Below, piece by piece: positions 1 through 8,142 of a stretch of 42,758 nt of DNA. Below the pieces are notes generated by a model that did not search any database, had not been told where the DNA came from, and saw only the letters and a program-made list of their open reading frames with translations. The translations under genes and the position numbers were made by a program. The stretch spans positions 1-42,758 of the forward strand of contig JACQXL010000155.1 of the NCBI GenBank assembly GCA_016208805.1, in the 5' to 3' direction. Position 1 is the stretch's first letter. Every line of letters starts with the position of its first letter. This stretch comes from Planctomycetota bacterium (GTDB lineage: Bacteria; Planctomycetota; MHYJ01; JACQXL01).

Positions 1-1
1 C

Positions 2-532
2 TTCTGCGCCACCTGCGATGGTCCGTTCTTTAAGGGCAAGGATGTTTGCGTCTTCGGCGGGGGCGACTCGGCCGTGGAGGAAGCGTTGTTTCTCACCAAC
101 TTCGTCCGTAAGGTCACGATTATCCACCGGCGCGACCAGTTGCGGGCCGGCGCGATTCTGCAGCAACGCGCCCGCGCCAACCCCAAGATTGATTTCATCT
201 GGGATACGGTCATCACCGGAGTCAACGGCAAGGGTAAGGTAGAATCCATAAACATAAAGAATGTCAAGACCAACCAGGAAAAAGAGATGCCCACCGCGGC
301 GCTGTTTGTCTTTATCGGCTTTGACCCGAACAGCAAATTTGTCAACGGGCTGGTCAAACTGGACGAATCGGGTTATATTATCACGGACATAGAGATGAAA
401 ACATCACTTGCTGGTGTTCTTGCGGCCGGTGATATCCGGAGCAAAGCGCTCAGGCAGATAATCACGGCCTGCGGCGACGGCGCCCAGGCCTACGGCTCAG
501 CCCAGCACTATCTTAATTCCAAGCCCCATTAG
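2..532 (+). CDS. trxB: thioredoxin-disulfide reductase, C-terminal ~177 aa (5' end outside window)
   Basis: The frame is open from the window edge. The translation FCATCDGPFF..VFGGGDSAVEEALFL..LAAGD carries the redox CxxC and the NADPH/FAD-binding motifs of TrxB. Confidence 0.85.
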   Translation, partial: FCATCDGPFFKGKDVCVFGGGDSAVEEALFLTNFVRKVTIIHRRDQLRAGAILQQRARANPKIDFIWDTVITGVNGKGKVESINIKNVKTNQEKEMPTAALFVFIGFDPNSKFVNGLVKLDESGYIITDIEMKTSLAGVLAAGDIRSKALRQIITACGDGAQAYGSAQHYLNSKPH

Positions 533-636
533 GCAAACCTTTTCACCGCAGAGGCCGCCGGTGTCTCTGTGTGAGATATTTTCCTTGACTTGTTCCCTAT
601 TTATTATATTTATGAAATCAGGAAGGAAACACAAGT

Positions 637-978
637 ATGGAGATAAATCCGAATATCACCCTGACGGATGTGGCCAAAAACCTTAACCTAACCATTGACC
701 GAGTCCGGGATATCCTGACCGAAAAGACCGGCCTCCAGGTCGCTAAAGAGGAGATGGACAAGGTTTTCCAGGTCGCCCGCAAACTCGGCTACGATTTCAA
801 GAAACTCAAATTGGGCAAACGGATGAACCTGCGCAAGGAGGCCATAGAATCAATCCTGTCCACCATAGAGGCCAATCCCAAATGGAAGCGCAAGGAAATC
901 GTTGCATACCTCAAGAAATCCTGCGAGATGGTGGAACGGGTGCATAAACGAACTTTCACGGAAGAGTTCTGTTCCTGA
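637..978 (+). CDS. hypothetical small protein (113 aa), possible helix-turn-helix
   Basis: The ATG is preceded by AGGAAGG. The N-terminal TLTDVAKNLNLTIDRVRDIL looks HTH-like. No family recognised. Confidence 0.5.
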   Translation: MEINPNITLTDVAKNLNLTIDRVRDILTEKTGLQVAKEEMDKVFQVARKLGYDFKKLKLGKRMNLRKEAIESILSTIEANPKWKRKEIVAYLKKSCEMVERVHKRTFTEEFCS

Positions 979-1014
979 GCCACAGATTACACGGATTTCA
1001 TTTCCGGGTAACCG

Positions 1015-2295
1015 CTAACGCGGCTCATATAAAAACTGTAAGTTCTGGTTATCCAGCCAGTTGAATATGTTTTCAGCCGGCACCATCAGCCCCAGGTGCG
1101 TGATGGGCGTCGGTATCAACTGGTTATACATACACACCATAGAAGAAACGCCGATTAACTCGTTAGTTTCAGCCAGGAAAATCCCGCCGCCGGAGTTGCC
1201 GAAGATGGTCGGCGCGCTCATCAGCCAGAACTTCTCGCCGTTCATCTGGCGGTTGGTAGAGCCAATCTGGCCGTCCGTCGGCATCGGCTCATAGCCCAGC
1301 GGGCAACCCACCGCATAGACCGGTGTGAAGACCTTGATGCCGGCAATATTGCCCTTGGTAATGAGTTTAGCCGATTTGAACGGCTTGGCGGATTTCAGTT
1401 TCAGGAGCGCCAGGTCTTTGGATGGTTGGTAACTGACAATCTCGGCCTTGTATTCGTCCATCGCGCTCAGGTCATCGCGGTAGATATCAACCGAAGCCTC
1501 TTCGTGGGCAATGGCGGTTGGTTTCTGGTCGCAGGCATTATCGTCTTGATTCGCATCGGAACGCTCCGAAGGCACCAGCACCTGAACCACGTGATAGGCG
1601 GTCAGGAGATAGGTCTGGTAGTCGCCGTTGCTATCCGGCCGAGATGAGATGATGGTGCCGCCGCCCACGCCGCTCCGGGCCCGAATCCGCACGGACGGCA
1701 ACAGGACCATCTCGTATAACCGCTCGCGCTTCTGGGCCAGCGTCTCTTTGAGATGGTTGACATCCTGCATATTGCTGACCAGCCGGTTGCTGGTCAGGTT
1801 AAGCATAGATTCAATCCGTTCCAGTTTTGCCTGCGCAGATTTTTCAGTGGTTGACTTCTCTTGCGATAGCGCGCTGAGCGAATCCTTAAGCAGTCCGAGT
1901 TCCTGCCGGGCAGTGCTGGAGTCCTGTTCCAGAGCCCGGGCAGTGGGGTCCAGCCGTTTGCGCAGACCGGCAAAAGTCTCGTCCGCTGATTTCAACTGGT
2001 TGGCCAGTTGACGGGCCGTGTCCCGGCTCTCGGTCAGGGCCGCATCGCTCCGGCGGAGTTGGTTATTCATCATCACAATCTGGATTTCCAGGATAGCCCA
2101 GACGGCGAACAGGCCCAGGGCCAGCCCGAGCACAATACCCCATTTGATTAAGGCTGGACGCCTGCGCGGCCGGTGCCCCCGTCTCCGCGGCGCCGGCAAC
2201 TTGAACCCTGCAAAAGGATGCCCGCCGAACGGGATATGCGGCATATTCCAGTTCTGGTAATTAAGATTGTTTCTCATAACTGCCTCGCTTTCCAA
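1015..2295 (-). CDS. membrane-anchored trypsin-like (S1/HtrA-type) serine protease with long coiled-coil linker
   Basis: The C-terminal half has a His/Asp/Ser triad context (LLTAYHVV, DLALLKL, GNSGGGIF). It has an Arg-rich N-terminus, a TM helix (WGIVLGLALGLFAVWAIL) and a ~150-aa helical heptad-like segment. The likelier start is Met7 at 2277, after GAGG. Confidence 0.75.
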   Translation of the reverse strand: MESEAVMRNNLNYQNWNMPHIPFGGHPFAGFKLPAPRRRGHRPRRRPALIKWGIVLGLALGLFAVWAILEIQIVMMNNQLRRSDAALTESRDTARQLANQLKSADETFAGLRKRLDPTARALEQDSSTARQELGLLKDSLSALSQEKSTTEKSAQAKLERIESMLNLTSNRLVSNMQDVNHLKETLAQKRERLYEMVLLPSVRIRARSGVGGGTIISSRPDSNGDYQTYLLTAYHVVQVLVPSERSDANQDDNACDQKPTAIAHEEASVDIYRDDLSAMDEYKAEIVSYQPSKDLALLKLKSAKPFKSAKLITKGNIAGIKVFTPVYAVGCPLGYEPMPTDGQIGSTNRQMNGEKFWLMSAPTIFGNSGGGIFLAETNELIGVSSMVCMYNQLIPTPITHLGLMVPAENIFNWLDNQNLQFLYEPR

Positions 2296-2307
2296 GGCGT
2301 CCCGACG

Positions 2308-2940
2308 TCACGTCGGGACTGACGCGCCGACCGTTGATTCCAGCCGGCCGCTCCGCCTGTTTGTCTCCTTGATTTTCTGAACCTTATTAAATATAATCGG
2401 TGCGATAATCGGCGCGTGTTCGCCTTTATTCTCTATCGCACCGTATTTAACATTGCCCAGATAAATTGTATTGCCCAGAATAAAGTTAAGCGTTGCCCTG
2501 GACCAACCGGCGCCGTTGGGCCTGCCCGCCAAAGCCTTGGCGCAGGCGGGAGCCGGGATATTCAGTTCGGCCAGCCGGGCGCTGACCTTGCCTAAACTCT
2601 TCAGCCGCAGGTATTCGCGGAATATGGTCCGCACGATAGATGCCTGGTATTGGTCAACATCCAGTATAAACCGCTTGGCCAGCGGGTCGTAGTTCTTGCG
2701 GTAACCGTACGGGGTAATCCCGCCCTGGTGGCGGCCGGCCCGGGCGGCCTGGCGTTTGCCTTCCTGGATACATCTCAGCCAGGTATCAAGACCCAATATC
2801 CGTGTTTCCGCCGACGTCTGCCTGGTCGTTTCTTGTACCGGCAATACTGTCCTTGGTGCTTCCGGTACCCTGATAAACGGTTTGCCTCGGGTCGTAATCT
2901 TGTTTCCCTCTATCCGGTTCATTTCTGGCGTCATAATCAT
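2308..2940 (-). CDS. recombinase-domain-only protein (DNA-binding module of large serine recombinases, no resolvase catalytic domain)
   Basis: GGITPYGYRK..ASIVRTIFREYL..VSARLAELNIP..WSRATLNFILGNTIYLGNVKYG resembles the Recombinase domain that follows the catalytic domain in large serine recombinases. The first ~70 residues show no resolvase motif. The last codons and the stop lie inside a GTCCCGAC..GTCGGGAC hairpin repeat. Confidence 0.6.
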   Translation of the reverse strand: MIMTPEMNRIEGNKITTRGKPFIRVPEAPRTVLPVQETTRQTSAETRILGLDTWLRCIQEGKRQAARAGRHQGGITPYGYRKNYDPLAKRFILDVDQYQASIVRTIFREYLRLKSLGKVSARLAELNIPAPACAKALAGRPNGAGWSRATLNFILGNTIYLGNVKYGAIENKGEHAPIIAPIIFNKVQKIKETNRRSGRLESTVGASVPT

Positions 2941-3145
2941 TTACTCCTTTGGCTCGCCGAACCCGGTCCCGCTGGGACTGGGGAAGGCGGCCTTATATCC
3001 CATTTCTTTCTTATCCCCCACTTATTATATCGGCATAATGTCATAAAATCTTTAGCATTTTATACAAAAATATCTAAAATTCTTTATAGCGTCTGGTTAT
3101 TATCAAAAGGTAGGAATCCGGGGAAAAAGAAGGATTTTGTAGCAG

Positions 3146-4555
3146 TTAGCGCCCTTTTTTATGGGCAAAGAGGTCGTTATCCGCCACGCTGATTAATTCG
3201 TCGGATGTATTCGTCTCCGGCGCCAGGGTGCTGACTCCGGCGCTGATGGTGACCCGGAATGGCAGGGCCGGGTCGGCCAGATTGGTAAACCGTGTGGTTT
3301 CCACGGCAGATTGAAGTTTATCGGCCTTGGCCCGGGCGCCGTCCAGTCCGGTCTCGGGCATAATAATGGCGAACTCGTCGCCGCCGTAGCGGCAGACGAT
3401 ATCTATCTTACGGCTGTTGGCATTAACCAGTTGGGCCACCTCGCGCAGGATGATATCGCCCTGCTGGTGGCCGTGCTTGTCGTTTATCTGCTTGAAGTCA
3501 TTCAGGTCAAGGAACAGAAGCGAGAGTTTACGGCGGTAGCGTTTGGCCCGCTTGAATTCGTCGGCCAGCATATTATTGAAATGCCGGCGGTTATAGATAT
3601 TGGTCAGCCCGTCCCGGATGGACTGGGCCGTGAGCGCCTCGGTCAGCCGCAGGTTTTCTATGGCCAGGCCGATGGAATTGGCCAGCGTGCGCAGGACTTC
3701 GTAATAGCCCTTCTTGGCGGTCGGGTTGGCTTCCATTAATTCTCTTTCCTTGCGGTTGAGTTTGAGATGCAATATGCCTAAGGGCTGGTTTCGGCCCTTG
3801 AGCGGGATGGCTATCTTGCCGCCGCTGGTATCCAGCTCGCTCGGGATACCATAATCGGTATCGTATTCCGTGAAAAGCAACCGGGCAAATTGGTGGTTTT
3901 TCCGGATATCAATCTTCCGCCGTCCCGCTCTTTGGCCGCAAAGAGCGGGATAACTCCGTTCCAGATAATTCCCGCGCACCAGATAGGCGTCAACGCCGTC
4001 AAAACCCAGCCCCCGCCGGTCGCACATCGCGGTGCAGGCGTTCTTTATCAGCCGCTCTTCCTTGTTGGTTTTAAGCAATGATGCGGTCAAGACCGGCACA
4101 TTCTTTATCTTCTCGGTCAGGGCTAACACACGGGTATTGGCCAGCGCCACCTCCTGGAGTTTATCCCGAAGAGATTTTTCCAGGACCATAAAATCGGTCT
4201 TATCGCGCCAGGAGCCGACCACCAGCCGGTTGGAATGCATCTTGGTCGGCGGCACCGTCACCCGCCGGACGCTGACTTCTATATGCTTAATCTCGCCGGA
4301 TTTGCAGACCACGCGATAGGGATAGCGCTCGGAGGTGACCCCCTTCTTGCGCCGGGCCACCAGTTTCTTGAGGATAGACAGGTCTTCAGGAAGCGAGATA
4401 TCAACCGGTGTAAAACGGTTGGCCACCTCTTCCTCTTTATAGCCGAGGAAATTACAGAATGCCGGGTTGACCACGATGTATTTCTGCGTTTTGAGGTCAA
4501 GCACGAATTGCGGGTCGTTGGCGTGCCGGAAGATGGCTTTATAAATATCTATCAT
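3146..4555 (-). CDS. sensor diguanylate cyclase (PAS - GAF-like - GGDEF)
   Basis: C-terminal RYGGDEFAIIMPE active-site motif. N-terminal PAS-like segment (FVLDLKTQKYIVVNPAFCNFLGYKEEEV). The middle region looks GAF-like. Confidence 0.85.
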   Translation of the reverse strand: MIDIYKAIFRHANDPQFVLDLKTQKYIVVNPAFCNFLGYKEEEVANRFTPVDISLPEDLSILKKLVARRKKGVTSERYPYRVVCKSGEIKHIEVSVRRVTVPPTKMHSNRLVVGSWRDKTDFMVLEKSLRDKLQEVALANTRVLALTEKIKNVPVLTASLLKTNKEERLIKNACTAMCDRRGLGFDGVDAYLVRGNYLERSYPALCGQRAGRRKIDIRKNHQFARLLFTEYDTDYGIPSELDTSGGKIAIPLKGRNQPLGILHLKLNRKERELMEANPTAKKGYYEVLRTLANSIGLAIENLRLTEALTAQSIRDGLTNIYNRRHFNNMLADEFKRAKRYRRKLSLLFLDLNDFKQINDKHGHQQGDIILREVAQLVNANSRKIDIVCRYGGDEFAIIMPETGLDGARAKADKLQSAVETTRFTNLADPALPFRVTISAGVSTLAPETNTSDELISVADNDLFAHKKGR

Positions 4556-4746
4556 TTATCCCGTTCCTTGCTATTTGTAATCGCAGATTAACTTGCTTTA
4601 ACCTCAATAATTGTTTTATTGTTGTGGTTCAATGTCCCACTTAACAAACCGTAAAATAGCGGAGCAACGGGACAGGTGTAACTCTACCAAACTGTAGAGG
4701 TTGTGTCAATAACTTATCGTATGGAATTTCAATAATTAAATTCCAA

Positions 4747-4915
4747 CAGCACTTAACCCTTCGTGTTAAGTGCTGGACTGCGTTAGGCAACTGGGCCAAT
4801 ACGACCCAGCCCCGCACCCACTTTGGCACAATGGCTGGTGATGGCTATTTGACCCACAGCCAAAGTAGGTGCTGGGCTGCCCGAAGGGAGTTGCCGACCC
4901 CGACGAAAGTCGGGG
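4747..4915 (+). ncRNA. candidate structured leader or ncRNA upstream of the flavoprotein gene (nested helices)
   Basis: 11-bp hairpin CAGCACTTAAC/GTTAAGTGCTG (4747-4775). Enclosing helix GGCAACT (4786-4792)/AGTTGCC (4889-4895). Inner 14-bp helix GCACCCACTTTGGC/GCCAAAGTAGGTGC. CCCCGAC-GAAA-GTCGGGG tetraloop hairpin (4898-4915). The strand and whether it is transcribed are unknown. Confidence 0.25.
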
Positions 4916-4938
4916 GAGGCCTAACTGGAATATGAAAT

Positions 4939-5628
4939 ATGAAAATAGTCGGCATTTCCACCAGTGCGCGGGAAAAGGGCAATACCAGCCGGCTGGTCAG
5001 ACGGGTTTTGGAACGCCTTGCCGCGCTCGGGGCACAGACCGAGTTCGTTTGGGCCGGCGGTAAGACACTGGAATACTGCACCGCCTGCGAATACTGTATG
5101 ACGCACGGCGCCTGCATCAAGAAAGATGATTATCAACCAATCCTTAAATCCGTGCTTGAAGCGGACGGGCTGGTGCTGGGCAGTCCCAACTATGCCTTCC
5201 AGATGTCGGCCATAATGAAGACCATCTACGAGCGCAGTCATTGCCTGCTTTATTACACCCGCCAACTGGCCGGCAAGTATGCGCTGGGTATCGCGGTGGG
5301 CGGGCATCGCTTTGAGACCGGCAAAATTGCCAAGACTATTGCCCAGGGCGTCTGGCTCTGCGGCGGATATTATAGCGGTTATCTCGGCGCGGTATCGGTC
5401 CGGCGCGACGACCTCCGGCTGGTTGACGAGGATAAAACCTTCAGCCGGGCCGATAAACTGGCCGAGAAACTATTCTCGGATATCAAGAACAGCCGCCCGC
5501 ACCGGCTCCAGCGCCTGATTCGCAAGATATTCTTATACCCGCAGGTGGCCGGGATGGTCCGGAACAATAAAGATAAATATCCGTATCTCTATAATTTCTA
5601 TCTGGACAGAAAGTGGCTAAAAGGTTGA
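4939..5628 (+). CDS. iron-sulfur flavoprotein-like NAD(P)H-dependent FMN reductase
   Basis: Flavodoxin-like N-terminus MKIVGISTS..GNTS plus a compact CTACEYCMTHGAC (Cx2Cx2Cx5C) cluster motif. Confidence 0.7.
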   Translation: MKIVGISTSAREKGNTSRLVRRVLERLAALGAQTEFVWAGGKTLEYCTACEYCMTHGACIKKDDYQPILKSVLEADGLVLGSPNYAFQMSAIMKTIYERSHCLLYYTRQLAGKYALGIAVGGHRFETGKIAKTIAQGVWLCGGYYSGYLGAVSVRRDDLRLVDEDKTFSRADKLAEKLFSDIKNSRPHRLQRLIRKIFLYPQVAGMVRNNKDKYPYLYNFYLDRKWLKG

Positions 5629-5652
5629 CGAGGATATTTTTAATGATAGTAT
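5625..5652 (+). promoter_or_regulatory. possible sigma70-type promoter for rplU (TTGACG-N16-TAGTAT)
   Basis: The hexamers were read directly. It lies ~45 nt upstream of the rplU ATG and overlaps the stop of the preceding gene. Confidence 0.3.
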
Positions 5653-5695
5653 AGTCGGCTCAATCTGCTAAATCAGTTTACTCAAGGAGGTTCGT

Positions 5696-6013
5696 ATGCA
5701 ATACGCCATCGTAAAAGATACCGGTGAACAATTTAAGGCCACCGAAGGCGCCCGGGTAACCATACCGCTTAAAGACATTGCCGAAGGCCAGGACATTACT
5801 TTTTCTGATATCCTGCTCTATGCCAAAGACAATGAGGTCAAGGTAGGCAATCCGTTAGTGTCCGGCGTCAAGGTCACCGGCGTGGTGGAAAAGCACTTCA
5901 AAGGCCCCAAGGTAACTACTACCAAGTTCCGCCGGCGTGAAGGGTATCGGCGTAAAATCGGCCACCGCCAGAACTACACGACAGTCAAGATTACCGGCAT
6001 CGTCAGCGCATAG
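5696..6013 (+). CDS. rplU: 50S ribosomal protein L21
   Basis: MQYAIVK..G.QFK..EG... KFRRREGYRRKIGHRQNYT is a typical L21 sequence. A strong AAGGAGG lies 6 nt upstream. Confidence 0.9.
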   Translation: MQYAIVKDTGEQFKATEGARVTIPLKDIAEGQDITFSDILLYAKDNEVKVGNPLVSGVKVTGVVEKHFKGPKVTTTKFRRREGYRRKIGHRQNYTTVKITGIVSA

Positions 6014-6016
6014 AGG

Positions 6017-7339
6017 ATGACAAATTATCGTATATTATTTCTCTGCGTCCTCTGCGTCTCTGCGGTGAATTTCTCCGCCACCTCGGAAAAGATTCCGCCT
6101 TCTCCTTACACCCAGGTGGCCGGCGTGATTCATCTCCAGACGCCAGTCAGCGGCGGCCAGCGCACCATTAACGACTACATCCAACTCGCCCGCCAGGAGC
6201 GGATGGGCATCCTGATTGTCACCGACCACGATACCCAGCGCTATGAATACGGCCTCTGGCCCCTGCGCGGGATTATCCGGAAAGTGGTGGAGCGCGAATC
6301 CGTCCTCAAGTTCGGCGCCGGCAAATATCTGGACGCTATCCGCCAGACAAATCAATCGACCGGCGATGTCCTGGTAATTGACGGCGTGGAATCCACGCCT
6401 TATTATTACTGGGGCGGCAGTTATTTCGGCAAGAACCTGACCTTAAACAACCGCGGCAAGCACCTGCTGGTGATTGGGTTGAATAAATCCGATGCCTACG
6501 AGAATCTGCCCCTGATTGCCAACGACAAGTCCCGGTTCAGCCAGTATGAACCGACCCAGTCCTATGAACCGTATCAAGACCTGATAGATTACGTGGTCGG
6601 CCGGCAGGGCCTGGTCTTCTGGGCGCACCCGGAGGCGCGGGAGACCAAAACAATAAACAACATCAATATTGATACGCCGGCCTATCCGGAAGCGCTCAAG
6701 GCCACGACCAATTATACCGGCTTTGCCGTGCTGGGCGAGGGCTACCAGAAAATCGGTATTGCGGGCGGCATCTGGGATGAGGTCTTGAGCGAATACTGCG
6801 CCGGCAAACGTAACCAGCCCATCTGGGCTATCGGCGAACTGGATGACTACGGCAACAAAGATATCTCCACCGTCCAGACCATCTTCTTGCTCAAGCAAAA
6901 ATCATACCAGGGCGCGCTGGATGCCCTGCGCAACGGCAAGGTCTATGCCCTGTCCAAAGCGCCCGGCAAACCGGCATTGGTGCTGGAAGATTTCTATGTA
7001 GCGGCTTCGGCTCTGCCTAAAGATAAATCCGCCAAGAAGAAAACATCTCCATCCGCCGATACTGCCAGCATTACCCGTTCGGGCGAGCAGATGACGCTTT
7101 CTGCAAACGGACAACGGCCGACTCTTCGCATAAAAGTTTCTCACAAACCGGCCTCCCGCCAGAAGGTTACGCTCAAGGTCATCAAGAACGGCAAACTGTT
7201 CAAAGAATACAACCAGTCTCTGCCAATAGACATTACCCTTCCGGATGACGCATTATCCGGAAGCAAGACTTATTATCGCTTGGATGTGATAGACGAATCC
7301 GGCGGGCACCTCATTTCCAATCCTATTTTTGTCAGATAG
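6017..7339 (+). CDS. exported or membrane-anchored PHP-like phosphoesterase-family protein (function uncertain)
   Basis: VIHLQTPVSGG and ILIVTDHD resemble PHP-domain metal-binding motifs. The hydrophobic N-terminus is LFLCVLCVSAVNF. It starts 4 nt after the rplU stop, where rpmA is more usual. Confidence 0.55.
   Translation: MTNYRILFLCVLCVSAVNFSATSEKIPPSPYTQVAGVIHLQTPVSGGQRTINDYIQLARQERMGILIVTDHDTQRYEYGLWPLRGIIRKVVERESVLKFGAGKYLDAIRQTNQSTGDVLVIDGVESTPYYYWGGSYFGKNLTLNNRGKHLLVIGLNKSDAYENLPLIANDKSRFSQYEPTQSYEPYQDLIDYVVGRQGLVFWAHPEARETKTINNINIDTPAYPEALKATTNYTGFAVLGEGYQKIGIAGGIWDEVLSEYCAGKRNQPIWAIGELDDYGNKDISTVQTIFLLKQKSYQGALDALRNGKVYALSKAPGKPALVLEDFYVAASALPKDKSAKKKTSPSADTASITRSGEQMTLSANGQRPTLRIKVSHKPASRQKVTLKVIKNGKLFKEYNQSLPIDITLPDDALSGSKTYYRLDVIDESGGHLISNPIFVR
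6041..6070. repeat. CTCTGYG-type repeat copy inside the 5' end of the 6017 CDS
   Basis: CTCTGCGTCCTCTGCGTCTCTGCGGTGAAT matches the intergenic copy at 20776-20805 in 24 of 30 positions (hand alignment). Confidence 0.6.
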
Positions 7340-7371
7340 ATACAAGAGTAATCAGTGCAATCCGTGGCTGG

Positions 7372-7926
7372 TTATCTCTGTTCCCTGATATGTTCTTCCA
7401 GCAGATGTCTCCAGTCCTCAGCCTGGATAGTGGCCTTGACATCGGAGACCTCCAGCGCCAGGAAAACCGCATTGGCCAGTTGGCCGAATGTGGCCCGGTC
7501 TTTATCTGATGTAAGCGTTTCGTAAACCACGGTATGGGCAATCCCGTTGATTTCCACGGTCAGCACCCTGGTATAAAAATCCATCCGTTTCAGGTCTTCC
7601 AGTTTGATAGCCCGCGGGGGGGCATTGCGGCCCAGCGAATAGAACTCGTCCTGATAGATTAGTTGAACCAACCCGTCCGCAGTTTCGTCGTCCAATACCG
7701 CAACTATCGGCTGGGTAATGGACTCAAAGAGTTCGTTCAGTTTCACGCCGCCGTTCTGATAACGTTCCTGGGAAACCAGCCCGATATAGGTGCCGACCGG
7801 CTGTTTGGCGGTCTTGCCCTCTATCAGCCGGAAATACGAAACCTTCACCTCGCCCACCGGCGGTCGGACCGGCGTGCCGGCACAACCCATCAGCGCGCAG
7901 GTAATCGCAATAAGGAGTATTCGCAT
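7372..7926 (-). CDS. hypothetical lipoprotein
   Basis: Signal peptide with lipobox: MRILLIAITCALMGCAG. No family recognised. Confidence 0.6.
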   Translation of the reverse strand: MRILLIAITCALMGCAGTPVRPPVGEVKVSYFRLIEGKTAKQPVGTYIGLVSQERYQNGGVKLNELFESITQPIVAVLDDETADGLVQLIYQDEFYSLGRNAPPRAIKLEDLKRMDFYTRVLTVEINGIAHTVVYETLTSDKDRATFGQLANAVFLALEVSDVKATIQAEDWRHLLEEHIREQR

Positions 7927-8142
7927 AATCTATTATAAGGAAACCAGGAATCTATGATTTCTCTCTTGGCTTCCTGGGTTCCTTATACCAAAAGGTTGTC
8001 GTTTTACAACTATTTCTTGTAGTCTGCGGAAAAACAAGTTACTTATGTACACGGATTAAGCGGATTAAACAGATATTTCCAGTTGCCCCTGGGCTCACTG
8101 CCGAAGGGTCAGATAAATCCGTTCAATCTGTTTACTAAACGT

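Noticed and set aside
4641-5307. Minus-strand ORFs 4641..4829, 4845..5120 and 4921..5307
   Set aside because: The first two lie in the structured, non-coding spacer. The others are antisense to the flavoprotein gene, which has clear motifs. None shows a recognisable domain.
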